Shown here in pieces: positions 23,285 to 34,070 of a DNA stretch of 54,483 nucleotides (the stretch's first letter is position 1; every line of letters begins with the position of its first letter). The position numbers and the translations under genes are program-made. Under the pieces are notes generated by a model. The model saw only the letters and a program-made list of their open reading frames with translations. It did not search any database and was not told the DNA's origin. The stretch covers positions 1 through 54,483 of the forward strand of contig CAYVGR010000001.1 in NCBI GenBank assembly GCA_964450065.1. Reading direction: 5' to 3'. Source of the stretch: an uncultured Prevotella sp. GTDB lineage: Bacteria > Bacteroidota > Bacteroidia > Bacteroidales > Bacteroidaceae.

Positions 23285-23965
23285 ATGATAAAAATAGAAA
23301 AATTATTACCTGATATATACTATAAAGAAAGTAGAGATTTTAAATTATTCTCAAAGCTATTAGAGATAGTTGTTAATTCAAGCGATCTGAATATTAAAAA
23401 TATGGTAAATATATTAAATCCAGAATTAACTAAAGATTCATTTCTGGATATATTAGCTACAGCTTTAAACTATAAACCTAAGAATAACTTTTCAAATGAT
23501 GAGTTAAGGATAATATTAAATAATTATTTATATCTAATTAGACATAGAGGCAGCAAAGAAGGCATACAGCATGCTATATCATTAGCTCTAAGACTAAATG
23601 ACTCTATAGGTGAATATACTTTAAATATAACAAACTTTCCAGAAGATTTTACAGATAGAGATTATTCTAGATCTTATATTATTACAGTTTTAGTATCAGA
23701 AGAAGTAAATATAAATTACCTAAGAGAGTTTCTAGAGATCGTAAAACCAGTAGGGTACACTTTCCAGATAGAATTAGACGCATCATCGAGAGATCACTTC
23801 AGTACTATTCAGCCAACAGTGCAAATCATAAAACAAGATAAGCATAAGATAGATTCTGCAGAACATATATATGATTTAGGATATGTACCAAGCTCAGATG
23901 AATATGGTGATTACATAGAAATAGGAAGAGAAGAAATTCAAGGAGATCTAGAACAAGATGAGTAA
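23285..23965 (+). CDS. Baseplate protein (gp7/P2 gpI-like)
   Basis: LLP..Y..FLDILA..RHRGSKEGI..VKPVG. Confidence 0.7.
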   Translation: MIKIEKLLPDIYYKESRDFKLFSKLLEIVVNSSDLNIKNMVNILNPELTKDSFLDILATALNYKPKNNFSNDELRIILNNYLYLIRHRGSKEGIQHAISLALRLNDSIGEYTLNITNFPEDFTDRDYSRSYIITVLVSEEVNINYLREFLEIVKPVGYTFQIELDASSRDHFSTIQPTVQIIKQDKHKIDSAEHIYDLGYVPSSDEYGDYIEIGREEIQGDLEQDE

Positions 23966-24521
23966 AAAAATAAAAAATAAAAACACTCAAGCTAATATAA
24001 GAAATAATTCTACAGATATAATAGCTAACGTCACTATAGAGAAGATAGGAAAATACAAAAGTAAACCAATTAAAGTTAGAAACAATGTAACAATGAACTT
24101 TTTGACCGGTTTAGCTAGATTTGCTAGAGGTGATTTTAGATCAGAAGTGAATTTAAGTAATAATTACTTACCTATGTATTTAGGAGTAGGTAAAGGTAAA
24201 TGGGAAATAGGTAATGAACCTATAGCTAAATGGAAAACGTTAAAAGAAGAGATCGATAGACAGTGGAGATATGAAGCAAGTCCGAACACTATAAGTATAG
24301 ATACGGGAGATGACACGGCTATCACTTTAGCTATTATGTCTTATATTCCATCTCAGAGTATAGTTGGCGAAGAGATAAAAGAACTAGGATTATTTAGTAG
24401 TAGGAACTTTGGAACTGATACATTATTAGCTAGAGTAGAACTAGAGGATAGTATAGTATTAAGTGTAGGGGAGTCCTTACAAGTAGATTGACAGATAAAA
24501 TTTGGAAACGCAACGGAGTAA
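23958..24521 (+). CDS. Baseplate/tail-fibre attachment protein (code 4)
   Basis: YLGVGKG..IKELGLF..LLAR..LQVD[W]QIKF. Confidence 0.6.
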
Positions 24522-24527
24522 TAAAAT

Positions 24528-25184
24528 ATGAATTATAACAGCGGTAATATAATAATATATCCAGCATCAAAAAGAAATAAAGAAAATTATCCACATTCTA
24601 GGATTAGCACTGAGAGGACTATAACATCAAATATTAGATCTTTAGTATCAAGAAGCTTTATAGTAGATGGATTAGAAGCTACATTATCCAGTGGTATAAT
24701 TACGATATCACAAGGATCATTTATACTAGGTGGATATAATGTAACTACATCAGAGACCATTGACTATGAAATAAAAAACAATGACGTAGGCAAGTACTTA
24801 TCCCTATCATTGAAAGTTAGGTTAAGCGGTAATGGAAATGATGAATTAGTGGGATATGATTCAGATACATCAGGACTTGATTCAACTAATGGGAAGTTTT
24901 TAGGATTAAAAATAAAATTATTAGATGACCTAGACCAAATAGTAGAAGAAGATAAAACAAATCCGCAAGCTACCTATATAGAATATTCTATACCAATTGT
25001 TAAAATAACCGATAGTGGTATAGAGCAGCTAGAATATACAGATAGTAAAAGATTATATGAGATGAGATATGATGCAGACGATGTATATATTAATAATAGC
25101 TTTAATCACCAACCAACTAGCACGGAGCAATCATTATCAGAGTATTTAAGAAAGTATATGTTTATAGATGATGGAGAAGCATAG
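24528..25184 (+). CDS. Putative baseplate/receptor-binding accessory protein
   Basis: GLE..ITISQGSFILGGY pattern typical of fibre N-termini; last gene of the structural operon. Confidence 0.45.
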   Translation: MNYNSGNIIIYPASKRNKENYPHSRISTERTITSNIRSLVSRSFIVDGLEATLSSGIITISQGSFILGGYNVTTSETIDYEIKNNDVGKYLSLSLKVRLSGNGNDELVGYDSDTSGLDSTNGKFLGLKIKLLDDLDQIVEEDKTNPQATYIEYSIPIVKITDSGIEQLEYTDSKRLYEMRYDADDVYINNSFNHQPTSTEQSLSEYLRKYMFIDDGEA

Positions 25185-25224
25185 AATGGTAAAATTAAAT
25201 TATATATAAATAACATATAAACTT

Positions 25225-25259
25225 AAACCTAGGTAATTAATATATTAACCTAGGTTTTT
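25225..25259 (+). terminator. Intrinsic terminator ending the structural operon
   Basis: AAACCTAGGT..ACCTAGGTTT hairpin followed by T tract. Confidence 0.75.
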
Positions 25260-25307
25260 ACCTGTCTAGAACTATTTTAAAAAAATTAGAGAAAACATTG
25301 AATTTAG

Positions 25308-25336
25308 TTGATTAAAATATTTAAATATACTATAAT
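25308..25336 (+). promoter_or_regulatory. Sigma-A/70-type early promoter
   Basis: TTGATT-17 bp-TATAAT; near-identical copy at 30468. Confidence 0.85.
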
Positions 25337-25366
25337 TAATTATAATAAATAAGAGGGAGGATTAAA

Positions 25367-25672
25367 ATGAAAAAAATAATAATAAACAATGTTTATAAAG
25401 ATATTAATATAAACATTAATCTTTACTACAATGATTATGTAGTAAGTGACGATGACACAAAGTTCTATGGTACGACATATGCCAGAACTTATACCAACTT
25501 TGTCAGCGCTAAAAGCGCAAGACAAAACTTTGGTAAAATATTAGACTTTTACGGGATAAGCCACAACCCGTTAAAGTTTAATGAAAACTACAAGTATAGG
25601 TTACAGGTTATGCATTTAACCTTTAACCAATATTATTATGTTGTTGATAAAAAAGAAATTAAAGGAGGATAG
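25367..25672 (+). CDS. Hypothetical early protein
   Basis: GGGAGG RBS directly after promoter. Confidence 0.65.
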   Translation: MKKIIINNVYKDINININLYYNDYVVSDDDTKFYGTTYARTYTNFVSAKSARQNFGKILDFYGISHNPLKFNENYKYRLQVMHLTFNQYYYVVDKKEIKGG

Positions 25673-25674
25673 AT

Positions 25675-26181
25675 ATGATAAGGCGACGTAAAATTAAGAG
25701 TCTAAAAGAAAGCTTATATAAGAAAGATTTACAAATTAGATTATTACAACGTAAGGTAGAAGAATTAGATAATGCTTTAAAATACGATAAATTTGGATGC
25801 TATTCAAATTACATGTTCGACACTACATTAAATAACTATTTTAGATCAGTGGAAAACTTATCGAAAGATTATAAAGGAATAATATATATAGATGTAAATA
25901 ATCTAAAGATAGTAAATGACACAGAAGGACACTTAGCAGGGAATAGATTACTTTCATCTATTGTAGATACATTAAGAGAAGCATTTGAAAATGTATTTAG
26001 AATAGGTGGAGATGAGTTCTTAATACTAGTTAAGCATGAAGAGAGCATACCTAAAAGAATGAGACTAGATAAAAGATTTAGTTATGGATATGCTAAATTT
26101 ACTAAGAGCGAGATAGATAAAGAAATTAACTGGTTTATAAATAAATCAGAACAAGCGATGTATAAAAGAAAAAATAAATAA
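25675..26181 (+). CDS. GGDEF-domain (diguanylate cyclase-like) protein
   Basis: IYIDVNNLKIVNDTEGHLAGN..FRIGGDEF..SYG..AMY..K; N-terminal coiled coil. Confidence 0.92.
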   Translation: MIRRRKIKSLKESLYKKDLQIRLLQRKVEELDNALKYDKFGCYSNYMFDTTLNNYFRSVENLSKDYKGIIYIDVNNLKIVNDTEGHLAGNRLLSSIVDTLREAFENVFRIGGDEFLILVKHEESIPKRMRLDKRFSYGYAKFTKSEIDKEINWFINKSEQAMYKRKNK

Positions 26182-26201
26182 CATCTAAGGAGAATTTTTC
26201 T

Positions 26202-26345
26202 ATGACAAATAAAGAAATGGAACAATTAATTAATTTTTATAAGGATTGCAAAGGCTTAAGTAGGGAAACAAAAAAATACATGATACAAGACCTACAGAAT
26301 AAAATCGAAAAAAAGCAAGAGGTAGAAGCAGGAAGAACTATGTAA
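26202..26345 (+). CDS. Small hypothetical protein (47 aa)
   Basis: AAGGAG RBS; fills gap between genes. Confidence 0.55.
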   Translation: MTNKEMEQLINFYKDCKGLSRETKKYMIQDLQNKIEKKQEVEAGRTM

Positions 26346-26362
26346 ATAAAAGGAGAGAGAGA

Positions 26363-26704
26363 ATGAAAAGAGATATAATGTACGGTGTGGAGATGTATGA
26401 TAGAATATCAGATGAAACATTTGTATACGCATATAAGAAAGAGAGGAAAAAATTATTAGAAAAGAAAATAGATATATATAAAAGTAATCTCGCTAAATTG
26501 CCAGATATTACAAAAAGATTAAACGCAAAACAGAGAGAAGACTTTAGTAAAAATCAAATAGAGATACATTACGTATTTGAGCATTGTAAACATGTTATAA
26601 GAAATGTTAAGACTATACTAACGGATCGAGATCAAAGAAGATACATAGAGGGCTCGAATGGAGAAAAGATTATACTACTAGACAGACTATGGAGTGGTTT
26701 TTAA
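26363..26704 (+). CDS. Hypothetical protein
   Basis: AAGGAG RBS, ORF. Confidence 0.6.
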   Translation: MKRDIMYGVEMYDRISDETFVYAYKKERKKLLEKKIDIYKSNLAKLPDITKRLNAKQREDFSKNQIEIHYVFEHCKHVIRNVKTILTDRDQRRYIEGSNGEKIILLDRLWSGF

Positions 26705-26707
26705 ACT

Positions 26708-27040
26708 ATGAAAGTCAAAAGATTGCGTAAGCATAGTAAGGCTATTCGATTATTAGAAAATGAACAACAATTAAAAGCATTTATAGATAGTTTATTAAGT
26801 AGTAGGAAAAATATAAAGTATAGCTATAGTCTAAGTAAGTCTACTAGAAGCATATATATAACATTTAAATTAAATGATAGTTCAGTTTCATTAAGATTAA
26901 GTGATCACAACTCCAATAAAAATATAAGATATCTGTACATAGGAAGTACAACAAAGGTATATACTATAGAAAGACAAATAATAAAAATATTAGATCAATT
27001 AGAAGTAAAAGACGTTATAACAACATTAGGGAGGATATAA
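26708..27040 (+). CDS. Hypothetical protein with S..S.Y..RLSDH motif
   Basis: SKSTRSIYI..SLRLSDH, a pattern seen in small phage proteins. Confidence 0.55.
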   Translation: MKVKRLRKHSKAIRLLENEQQLKAFIDSLLSSRKNIKYSYSLSKSTRSIYITFKLNDSSVSLRLSDHNSNKNIRYLYIGSTTKVYTIERQIIKILDQLEVKDVITTLGRI

Positions 27041-27042
27041 AA

Positions 27043-27189
27043 TTGAATAACATTATAGAGTATTTAAAACAAAAGCAGAATAATAGAATTGGAGAAATAG
27101 AAAATAAATTATATAAAGAACTAATAAATTTAAGACAACCGATAGAATCTCCAGGTATATTAAACGAACAATCAGGAGGGAAGGAATAA
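27043..27189 (+). CDS. Small hypothetical protein
   Basis: TTG start after GGAGG; TAATG coupling to next gene. Confidence 0.45.
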   Translation: MNNIIEYLKQKQNNRIGEIENKLYKELINLRQPIESPGILNEQSGGKE

Positions 27190-27512
27190 TGGCTTACACA
27201 GCAGAAGAAAGAGAGACAACTATTGTATATGGGGATTTAGACACCGTTGCAACAGTTTACACTTGTAATAGGGTACTAATGAATAAACTAGCTAAATTAG
27301 AAGAAGAGCATCCAGAAGACTTTAATAAAATAGATGAAGTAGAAGGAAGCTCAGTTACTTATGAGGTGTCAAAAAACCTAATAACTATCAGAGCTCCAAG
27401 AAGAGCAAATAAAGTTAAATTAACACCAGAACAAAAAGAAGCAAGAAGACAAGCATTTATTGAAAGAATGGCGAAAGCAAGGGAGGCAAGAAAAAATGGC
27501 AACAAAAATTAA
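27189..27512 (+). CDS. Hypothetical protein of a type common in Firmicutes phages
   Basis: EERETTI..VYTC..KL..LTPEQKEARR. Confidence 0.6.
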   Translation: MAYTAEERETTIVYGDLDTVATVYTCNRVLMNKLAKLEEEHPEDFNKIDEVEGSSVTYEVSKNLITIRAPRRANKVKLTPEQKEARRQAFIERMAKAREARKNGNKN

Positions 27513-27768
27513 AGGAGCATGATTGAATGATGCTCAATGTCCAATATGTCAGAAAAACTACACATTAGAAGAAATATTTATACCTAAACCTTTTTTTGAA
27601 GGCGATAGGGAAGAAATTTATGAATGTGAAGAATGTGCAACATTATTAAAGATAGATGTAAGCTTAAAATTAAGAGCAACCCCTATTGGAGAATTAAGGG
27701 AAGATGAAACAGAAATAATATTAGATGAAGAACTAGTAGAGCCTGAAATAGAGCTCGAAGAAGAATAA
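27496..27768 (+). CDS. Zn-ribbon protein with acidic tail (code 4)
   Basis: GGGAGG RBS then MATKIKGA[W]LNDAQCPIC..CEEC. Confidence 0.6.
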
Positions 27769-27795
27769 AATAACCGAAATTGGGAGGAATAAAAA

Positions 27796-28044
27796 ATGGA
27801 TATTTTAGCAATAGTAACAACAATTTTATTAGTAGTGTTTTTAATACTGTATATAGTTAAATTAAAGGTAGATAATAAAGAACTAAAAAATGAATTAGAG
27901 ATCTATGGAAGCGTTATAGAAAATAGAAATAGAGAAAGAGATCTAAGAAGAGCAAAGAAGACAGCATATCAAAGAGAATATAGAGCAAGAAAGAAAAGAG
28001 AAGCAGAAGCATTATTAGAGAACAATAAAAACATAGATGTGTAG
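27796..28044 (+). CDS. Membrane-anchored coiled-coil protein
   Basis: N-terminal hydrophobic helix, basic helical C-terminus. Confidence 0.6.
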   Translation: MDILAIVTTILLVVFLILYIVKLKVDNKELKNELEIYGSVIENRNRERDLRRAKKTAYQREYRARKKREAEALLENNKNIDV

Positions 28045-28053
28045 AGTAAAGGT

Positions 28054-28356
28054 ATGAATAAAAATATAAAATTTGAAGAACTGCTAGAAAAGCAATACGT
28101 GATAGAAAGAGTACCTGAATTAGATACATATGGAACAGGTGGAGCAGGACTTCTGGTGAGAGCCGGTATCAGAGTATATAGTAGAGAGAAAAGCTATTTT
28201 AAAGATTACCAAATTAAATTTAGCTGGGCCGGTTATGGCAACTGCACTCAAGAATTAAGACATTATAATAATGAATATCTGGATCACCATATTGAGTACT
28301 TCGAAGAAGTCAATAAATGGTTAGATAGATATAATTTAATACCTGTGAAGATTTAA
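28054..28356 (+). CDS. Hypothetical protein
   Basis: ORF with RBS. Confidence 0.55.
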   Translation: MNKNIKFEELLEKQYVIERVPELDTYGTGGAGLLVRAGIRVYSREKSYFKDYQIKFSWAGYGNCTQELRHYNNEYLDHHIEYFEEVNKWLDRYNLIPVKI

Positions 28357-28419
28357 ATTAAGATAAATAAAAATATAGAATAAGATCAAATAGATCTAAC
28401 ATAAAAATGGGAGATAACT

Positions 28420-28755
28420 ATGAAAGAAGAAAAATATGGAGTAGGATACCCAATAATAGATTGGCTATCTTATCGATACAAACTTAATCTAGTAGATTCA
28501 AACAGACCTAATCCTAGAGAAAATGAGAGAAAAGGAAATATAAAACTTAAAGGCAAAAAAATCCTTAAGAATAAAAAAGTAACTATTCTAGTTCAAAAAA
28601 ATGCCTATGGAAAAGATATGCGATATATCTCAAGAAATACAGATAGTACCTATGATTTAGAAAAAGGTGTGATGATGGCATTATTATTAAGTGAAGGATA
28701 TACGTATAAAGATATAAAACAACTTATTGATAGATCCAAAGACATCCCAGGATAA
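28420..28755 (+). CDS. Hypothetical phage protein
   Basis: D..YDLEKGVMMAL motif. Confidence 0.55.
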   Translation: MKEEKYGVGYPIIDWLSYRYKLNLVDSNRPNPRENERKGNIKLKGKKILKNKKVTILVQKNAYGKDMRYISRNTDSTYDLEKGVMMALLLSEGYTYKDIKQLIDRSKDIPG

Positions 28756-28767
28756 AGAGGTTAATAT

Positions 28768-30450
28768 ATGTATGAAATAATAGAAAGAGATACTATAAAG
28801 TTACCAGGTATAACTTCTTTATTCATCAATATTCCTTATAATAATGAATTATTGAAAAAATTAAAAACAATAAGTAGGACAAAATATTATCATAAAGATA
28901 GTAAGGAATGAGAGTTTCCATTAATTAATTTTAAGGAAATCTTTTTCCTATTAAAAGAACATGGAAATGTAAAAGTAAGTTTAAAAGATATTAATATAGA
29001 TTATGATATTAGTATTCCAGAAGATTACGACTTTATATACGAGCCTATGCCACATCAATACGAGGGCATAATGAGAGGATTAAACGATAAGGGATGAATA
29101 TTAGGAGATGATCCAGGACTAGGAAAAACATTCCAAATAATACATATAGCTGGAATACTAAAAAAGTTAGGATTAATCAAACAAGCTCTTATAATATGCG
29201 GCACAGCATCTATTAAATGAAACTGGATAAAAGATATCGAGAAGCATTCTAATGAAAAAGGTATAGTATTAGGCACGCGCTATAGGAAGAACGGTAAGAG
29301 AATAAATGGTACTATACAAGATAGGATAGATGATCTATCTAACACTGAGCCTTTATTTCTCGTAACGAATATAGAGACGCTTCGCGATGATAGATTCATA
29401 GAAGCAGTAAAGAAAAACACAAATATTAATTTATGTGCTATAGATGAAGCCCACAAAGCTAATAATCATAAGAGCTCAAAGCAAGGTAGAAATTTACAAA
29501 AATTAGATCATTTCGAATATAAAATACCAGTTACAGGTACTTTAATTATAAACAACCCATTGGATCCATATGCTATGCTAAAATGATCAGGAAATGAGAA
29601 AAGCAATTATTCAACTTTTACAAACTTCTATACTAAATGATTAGGTAGGAATTATTTTGGAATACCAGAATTTGAATATAGGAACTTAAACGTATTACAG
29701 GATCAATTAAGCAGAGTTATGCTTAAAAGGAATAAAGATATATTAGGGCTTCCACCTAAGATATATTCAGAAGAAATAGTAGAAATGGGAGAAGATCAGC
29801 AAAAACTTTATGAGGACATAAGATCTGGAATAATAGATAATTTTGAATTTAATTTTGAAGAATTATCTGCTCAAGCAATAATAACAAGATTGAGGCAGAT
29901 AACTTCTTTCCCAGGAAATATTACAGATAAAAAAATACCATCAGCTAAAGTAGATAGAGCAGTAGAGTGGGTAGAGTGGATAACCGCCCAGAAAGATAAA
30001 GCTATAATATTTACTAATTTTAGAGCAACTGCTTTTGAGTTAGAGGAAAGGTTAAAGAAATTTAATCCAGTTTTAATGCTAGGTGGTATATCTGATGAGG
30101 AAGCTGAGAATAATAAAGATAAGTTCATGACAGATGATACATGCTCAGTAATAATAGGAACTCCAGATAAACTAGGGGTTAGTCATACCTTAACAGCCGC
30201 TAGGTATGTGTTCTGAATAGATGAGCCTTGAACAAAAGCAGAGATGGAACAAGGATCAGATAGAGCGCATAGGATAGGTACTAAAGATACTGTTTTCGTT
30301 ATATCATTTATAACGAAAGATACGATAGATGAAAGAGTTCATGATATCATAGAACAGAAAGCAATGTATTCGGATGTATTGATAGATGGCAAGGAAGTAC
30401 CTAATTCACCAAAAGGAAAAGATATGCTAAAATACTTATTAAATTATTAA
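28768..30450 (+). CDS. SNF2-family helicase (code 4)
   Basis: GDDPGLGKT, DEAH, TGT..N, RLRQ, DEP[W]..QGSDRAHRIG; 7 in-frame TGA. Confidence 0.92.
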
Positions 30451-30467
30451 AAAACCATAGGAATCAG

Positions 30468-30496
30468 TTGATTAAAAATGTTAGAAATACTATAAT
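30468..30496 (+). promoter_or_regulatory. Sigma-A/70-type early promoter (second copy)
   Basis: AGTTGATTAAAA..ATACTATAAT with 17-bp spacer. Confidence 0.85.
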
Positions 30497-30533
30497 ATAA
30501 TATATAAAAGATCTAAAAAAAGGTAGGTATAAT

Positions 30534-31190
30534 ATGTTAAAAAATTCACTAGAGGTATTTAATTCAATTAGGGAAGATAGATTTAAAGGACAGAGTTTAA
30601 CTGATATAGCTAAACATTATAAAACAACAGAAGACTCAAAAGAGAGGGAGAGTTGCATTGCTGAGATAGTAGTAAGAATGTCGCCAGTTATTAATAATGC
30701 TATTTATAAATACCCAATATTAGAATCAGACTCAATAGTAAGTGGATCATTAACAGCTTTAATGTATGCTCTTAAAAAGTATGATGTAGAATCAAATAAA
30801 AGATTTGAGATGTTCTATAGAGGAACATTGCATTCTACATATATGAGATTATTAAAAGAAACTACATATCAGAAAAACAAGGCAATGTATAATTACATAT
30901 CTACAGATTACATGAGAGAAGAACATGGTATAGAGTATAGTGATGTATCAGAGTTTAATGATAATATAACTTTAGATAGGCTGATAAATGCTCCCTATGT
31001 AGATAGGTTCGATAATATAGAGAGAGATATGTACGAAAAGTATCTATCTGGAGAGATAAAATCTATACAGGGATATGTAGATTCAAAGAAAGACATAGGA
31101 GAGATAATTACATATGCTCAAGCTTATAAAGCTTTTAAAAATCTAAGAGATAAAATAGATATAGACTATGTAAAATCACCACATTTATAG
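30534..31190 (+). CDS. Phage sigma-70-like factor
   Basis: Region-2-like D..S..L.ALMYALKKYD....RF..F; C-terminal HTH-like segment. Confidence 0.6.
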   Translation: MLKNSLEVFNSIREDRFKGQSLTDIAKHYKTTEDSKERESCIAEIVVRMSPVINNAIYKYPILESDSIVSGSLTALMYALKKYDVESNKRFEMFYRGTLHSTYMRLLKETTYQKNKAMYNYISTDYMREEHGIEYSDVSEFNDNITLDRLINAPYVDRFDNIERDMYEKYLSGEIKSIQGYVDSKKDIGEIITYAQAYKAFKNLRDKIDIDYVKSPHL

Positions 31191-31249
31191 GGAAAAAGAA
31201 TATACAATCATGGATGATATTTTAGTTAAATAACGTACTAGGAACTGTA

Positions 31250-31263
31250 CATGGACGTCCATG
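31250..31263. repeat. Perfect 14-bp palindrome CATGGACGTCCATG in an AT-rich intergenic region
   Basis: Seen directly; followed by CTTTTT; upstream of replication initiator. Confidence 0.8.
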
Positions 31264-31375
31264 CTTTTTACAATGTGTTATATTATATATATTAACTATC
31301 TAAATTATTAAGATATTATATTAAATAACTACTTATAAATAAGGTATATAGAGATAAATAAACGAGGTAGGAACA

Positions 31376-32131
31376 ATGATAGAATTATTATCACAGGAAA
31401 ATAATATATCATACAATGTGAGAGTAGCGGATATATTTGGATTGAACTCAGCGGTACTAATAAGCATTTTAATTACAGAGCATCATAGAGTGAAGCTTTC
31501 AGGAAAAGAGAGACAAGATAAATATATATCACTAAGTAGGGATGATATATTTGATAAGATGTTTATAGATGACAGTAAGCAGATAGAAATTGAGGATAAT
31601 TTAATAAGCTGTAATATACTACATAGGAAAGATTTTAGAAATAATGATAGGAAAAAATACTACTACCTAGATATAGATATGTTAAGTAAAGTATTATCCA
31701 TAGAAGATGGAAGTAAGAGAGAAGAGTTCTTTAAAAAATCTAATACTAAAATAGTAAGTAAAGAGAAACCGATGTCTAAAAGACAAGCAATGATATTGAA
31801 CATTAAGAAAGGATTACAGTCAGAAGTAGATAAAGAGTTATACCCTTATGTATGTGAGTGGGTAGATGAGGTCTGGGGTAAAGGAAAATATTTATCTAAG
31901 AGAGGGGTACTAATAAACTTGGAAGAAATATCAAGATTTGATAAAAGAGTGCAGATAGAAATACTTCAAACTTTAGCGAAGAAAGCTTGGACGGATAATA
32001 AATATGCTTTAGAATATATGAACAAGTTTGGAAATAAGCTGGTAATGAATAATAGCACAAGAGAAACAGCTGATGTCGAACAAGTTAAAGAGAAAATAAA
32101 TAAAGGTGTTGAAGGAGTTGATTACTTTTAA
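31376..32131 (+). CDS. Replication initiator (N-terminal winged helix)
   Basis: YNVRVADIFGLNSAVLISIL..YYYLD; precedes loader and helicase. Confidence 0.65.
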   Translation: MIELLSQENNISYNVRVADIFGLNSAVLISILITEHHRVKLSGKERQDKYISLSRDDIFDKMFIDDSKQIEIEDNLISCNILHRKDFRNNDRKKYYYLDIDMLSKVLSIEDGSKREEFFKKSNTKIVSKEKPMSKRQAMILNIKKGLQSEVDKELYPYVCEWVDEVWGKGKYLSKRGVLINLEEISRFDKRVQIEILQTLAKKAWTDNKYALEYMNKFGNKLVMNNSTRETADVEQVKEKINKGVEGVDYF

Positions 32132-32769
32132 TGGAGATAACACAATATCATTTAGAGAAAATTAAAGAAGTTAAAATGAACTTCTTAAAAGATAATTCAA
32201 TGTTAACGCCAAAGCAAATGGAAGAAGTTAAATTAGTGCCAGATGAGATAGATAGAGACGCATTTGTAACTTTAAAGAAAATTCAAGATAATATAAAAGA
32301 ATTTGCAGATCTAGGAAGAAATCTATTAATAAAATCAAGTATAACTGGTAATGGCAAAACAGCTTGATCAATAAAACTTATGTTAGCTTACTTTGAAGAA
32401 ATATGATTAGAGACGGATTTTGAACCAAAAGCTTTCTTTCTACATGTTCCAACAATGTTTAATAAATTGAGAGAGAATATATCAGAAAGAAATGAATACA
32501 CTGCTTTTGTAAGAGAGAATATAGAGAAAGCAGATATTATAGTTTGAGATGAAATAGGAGTTAAAGATTTAAGTGCTTTTGAATCATATAACTTCTTAAG
32601 CTATATCGATAGAAGAATAAATTTAGGTAAAGCTAATATATTTACAACAAACTTAGAAGAGGAACAATTACTACAAGGTTTAGGAGATAGATTATATAGT
32701 CGTATAGTTGAAAATTCTAAAATAATAGAACTAAAAGGACCAGATAAGAGAAGGATAAATAAATGATAG
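32131..32769 (+). CDS. DnaC/IstB-like helicase loader ATPase (code 4)
   Basis: TGNGKT, IIV[W]DEIG, IFTTNL, GDRLYSRI, GPDKR; mostly missing from the ORF track. Confidence 0.88.
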
Positions 32770-34070
32770 ACTACCAAATCATTAATTATATTTTAGAAAC
32801 TAAAGATCTAAAATATTGAATAGATAACAATATAACCACTGATTTCTTTACGGACGATAAAGAAGATTATAGAAACTATAAAAAACAATTTGGTTTTATA
32901 TTAGAGCATTATAATGAATATTCAATAGTTCCAGATAGATCAACATTTATAGATAATTTTCCAGGGTTTGAGTTTTTAGAGATAGCTGAAGCTAAGGAAT
33001 ATCTAAAAGAAAAACTAATAGAGAAGTACACATATGATACTATCGCTCCTATTATCAACGAGGGTAATAGGATTATTATTGAGGAAGATAGTAGAAAAGG
33101 TATTAATTACTTACTGGATCAATTATCAAGTATTAAAGCAGTGCAAGAAAAGACTAAGCCTTTAAACTTGTTTGAGACTGGAAAAGAAAGATTTGAGGAA
33201 TTTAAAGAGAAAGTAAGTAATCCTATGAAAGGGTATATCACTACTGGATTTAAAGAACTAGATGATATATTCGGTGGATGGGATAGAAAGGAAGAATTTG
33301 CATTAATAGCAGCGAGAACCAATCATGGAAAGTCCTGGTGAATACTATATTTTATGACTCAAGCAGCCTTAACAGGATTGAGAGTAGGTATGTATAGTGG
33401 GGAAATGAGCACAAGTAAAGTAGGGTATAGGATGGATACGTACTTATCTAATATATCTAACTATAAACTAAATCATGGAAGTGCAGATATCCTAAATGAG
33501 TATGAAGAATTTACAAATAAGTTATCAGAACAAGAACATACATTATATATAAGTAGACCAAATGATTTTGGCGGCTCACCTACAGTAGATGATTTAAAAA
33601 GATTCGCAATAGATTATAAATTAGATATATTAGGAATAGACCAAGTATCCTTATTAAGGGATAAAAGAAATGGTAGAACAACTTCAGAAAGAATAACAAA
33701 CATATCTATAGATTTAATCAACTTGCAGAATGAATTAAGTATCCCGATTATAGCTGTTTCTCAATTGAATAGAGGAGCTGTAGAAGAAGGAGCAAGATTA
33801 GAAAATATAGCTATGTCAGACAGATTAGGTCAGGATGCTACCACAGTATGGTTTATAGAACAAAAGAAAACAGGAACTACGATTAGTTTAGAGAAAGCAA
33901 GAAGTGCAAAAGTTGGATCTAAAATAACATATTCTTGAGATATAGATAAAGGTAAATTCTTATACATTCCAACATCTACAGATGCATTAGAGAACAAAGT
34001 GATTGACCAAATTAGAAAATCGGAAAGAAGAAAAGAAGTAGATAGAGATAAAAAAGAGGATATATTCTAA
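32763..34070 (+). CDS. dnaB: DnaB-like replicative helicase (code 4)
   Basis: TTGFKELD..AARTNHGKSW, YSGEM, IDQ, VSQLNR, SDRLGQDA. Confidence 0.9.

Noticed and set aside
4069-31341. T4-type late promoter TATAAATA (4069, 25205, 31334)
   Set aside because: An all-A/T octamer is expected by chance here, and it is not found consistently ahead of the structural genes; not called as a feature
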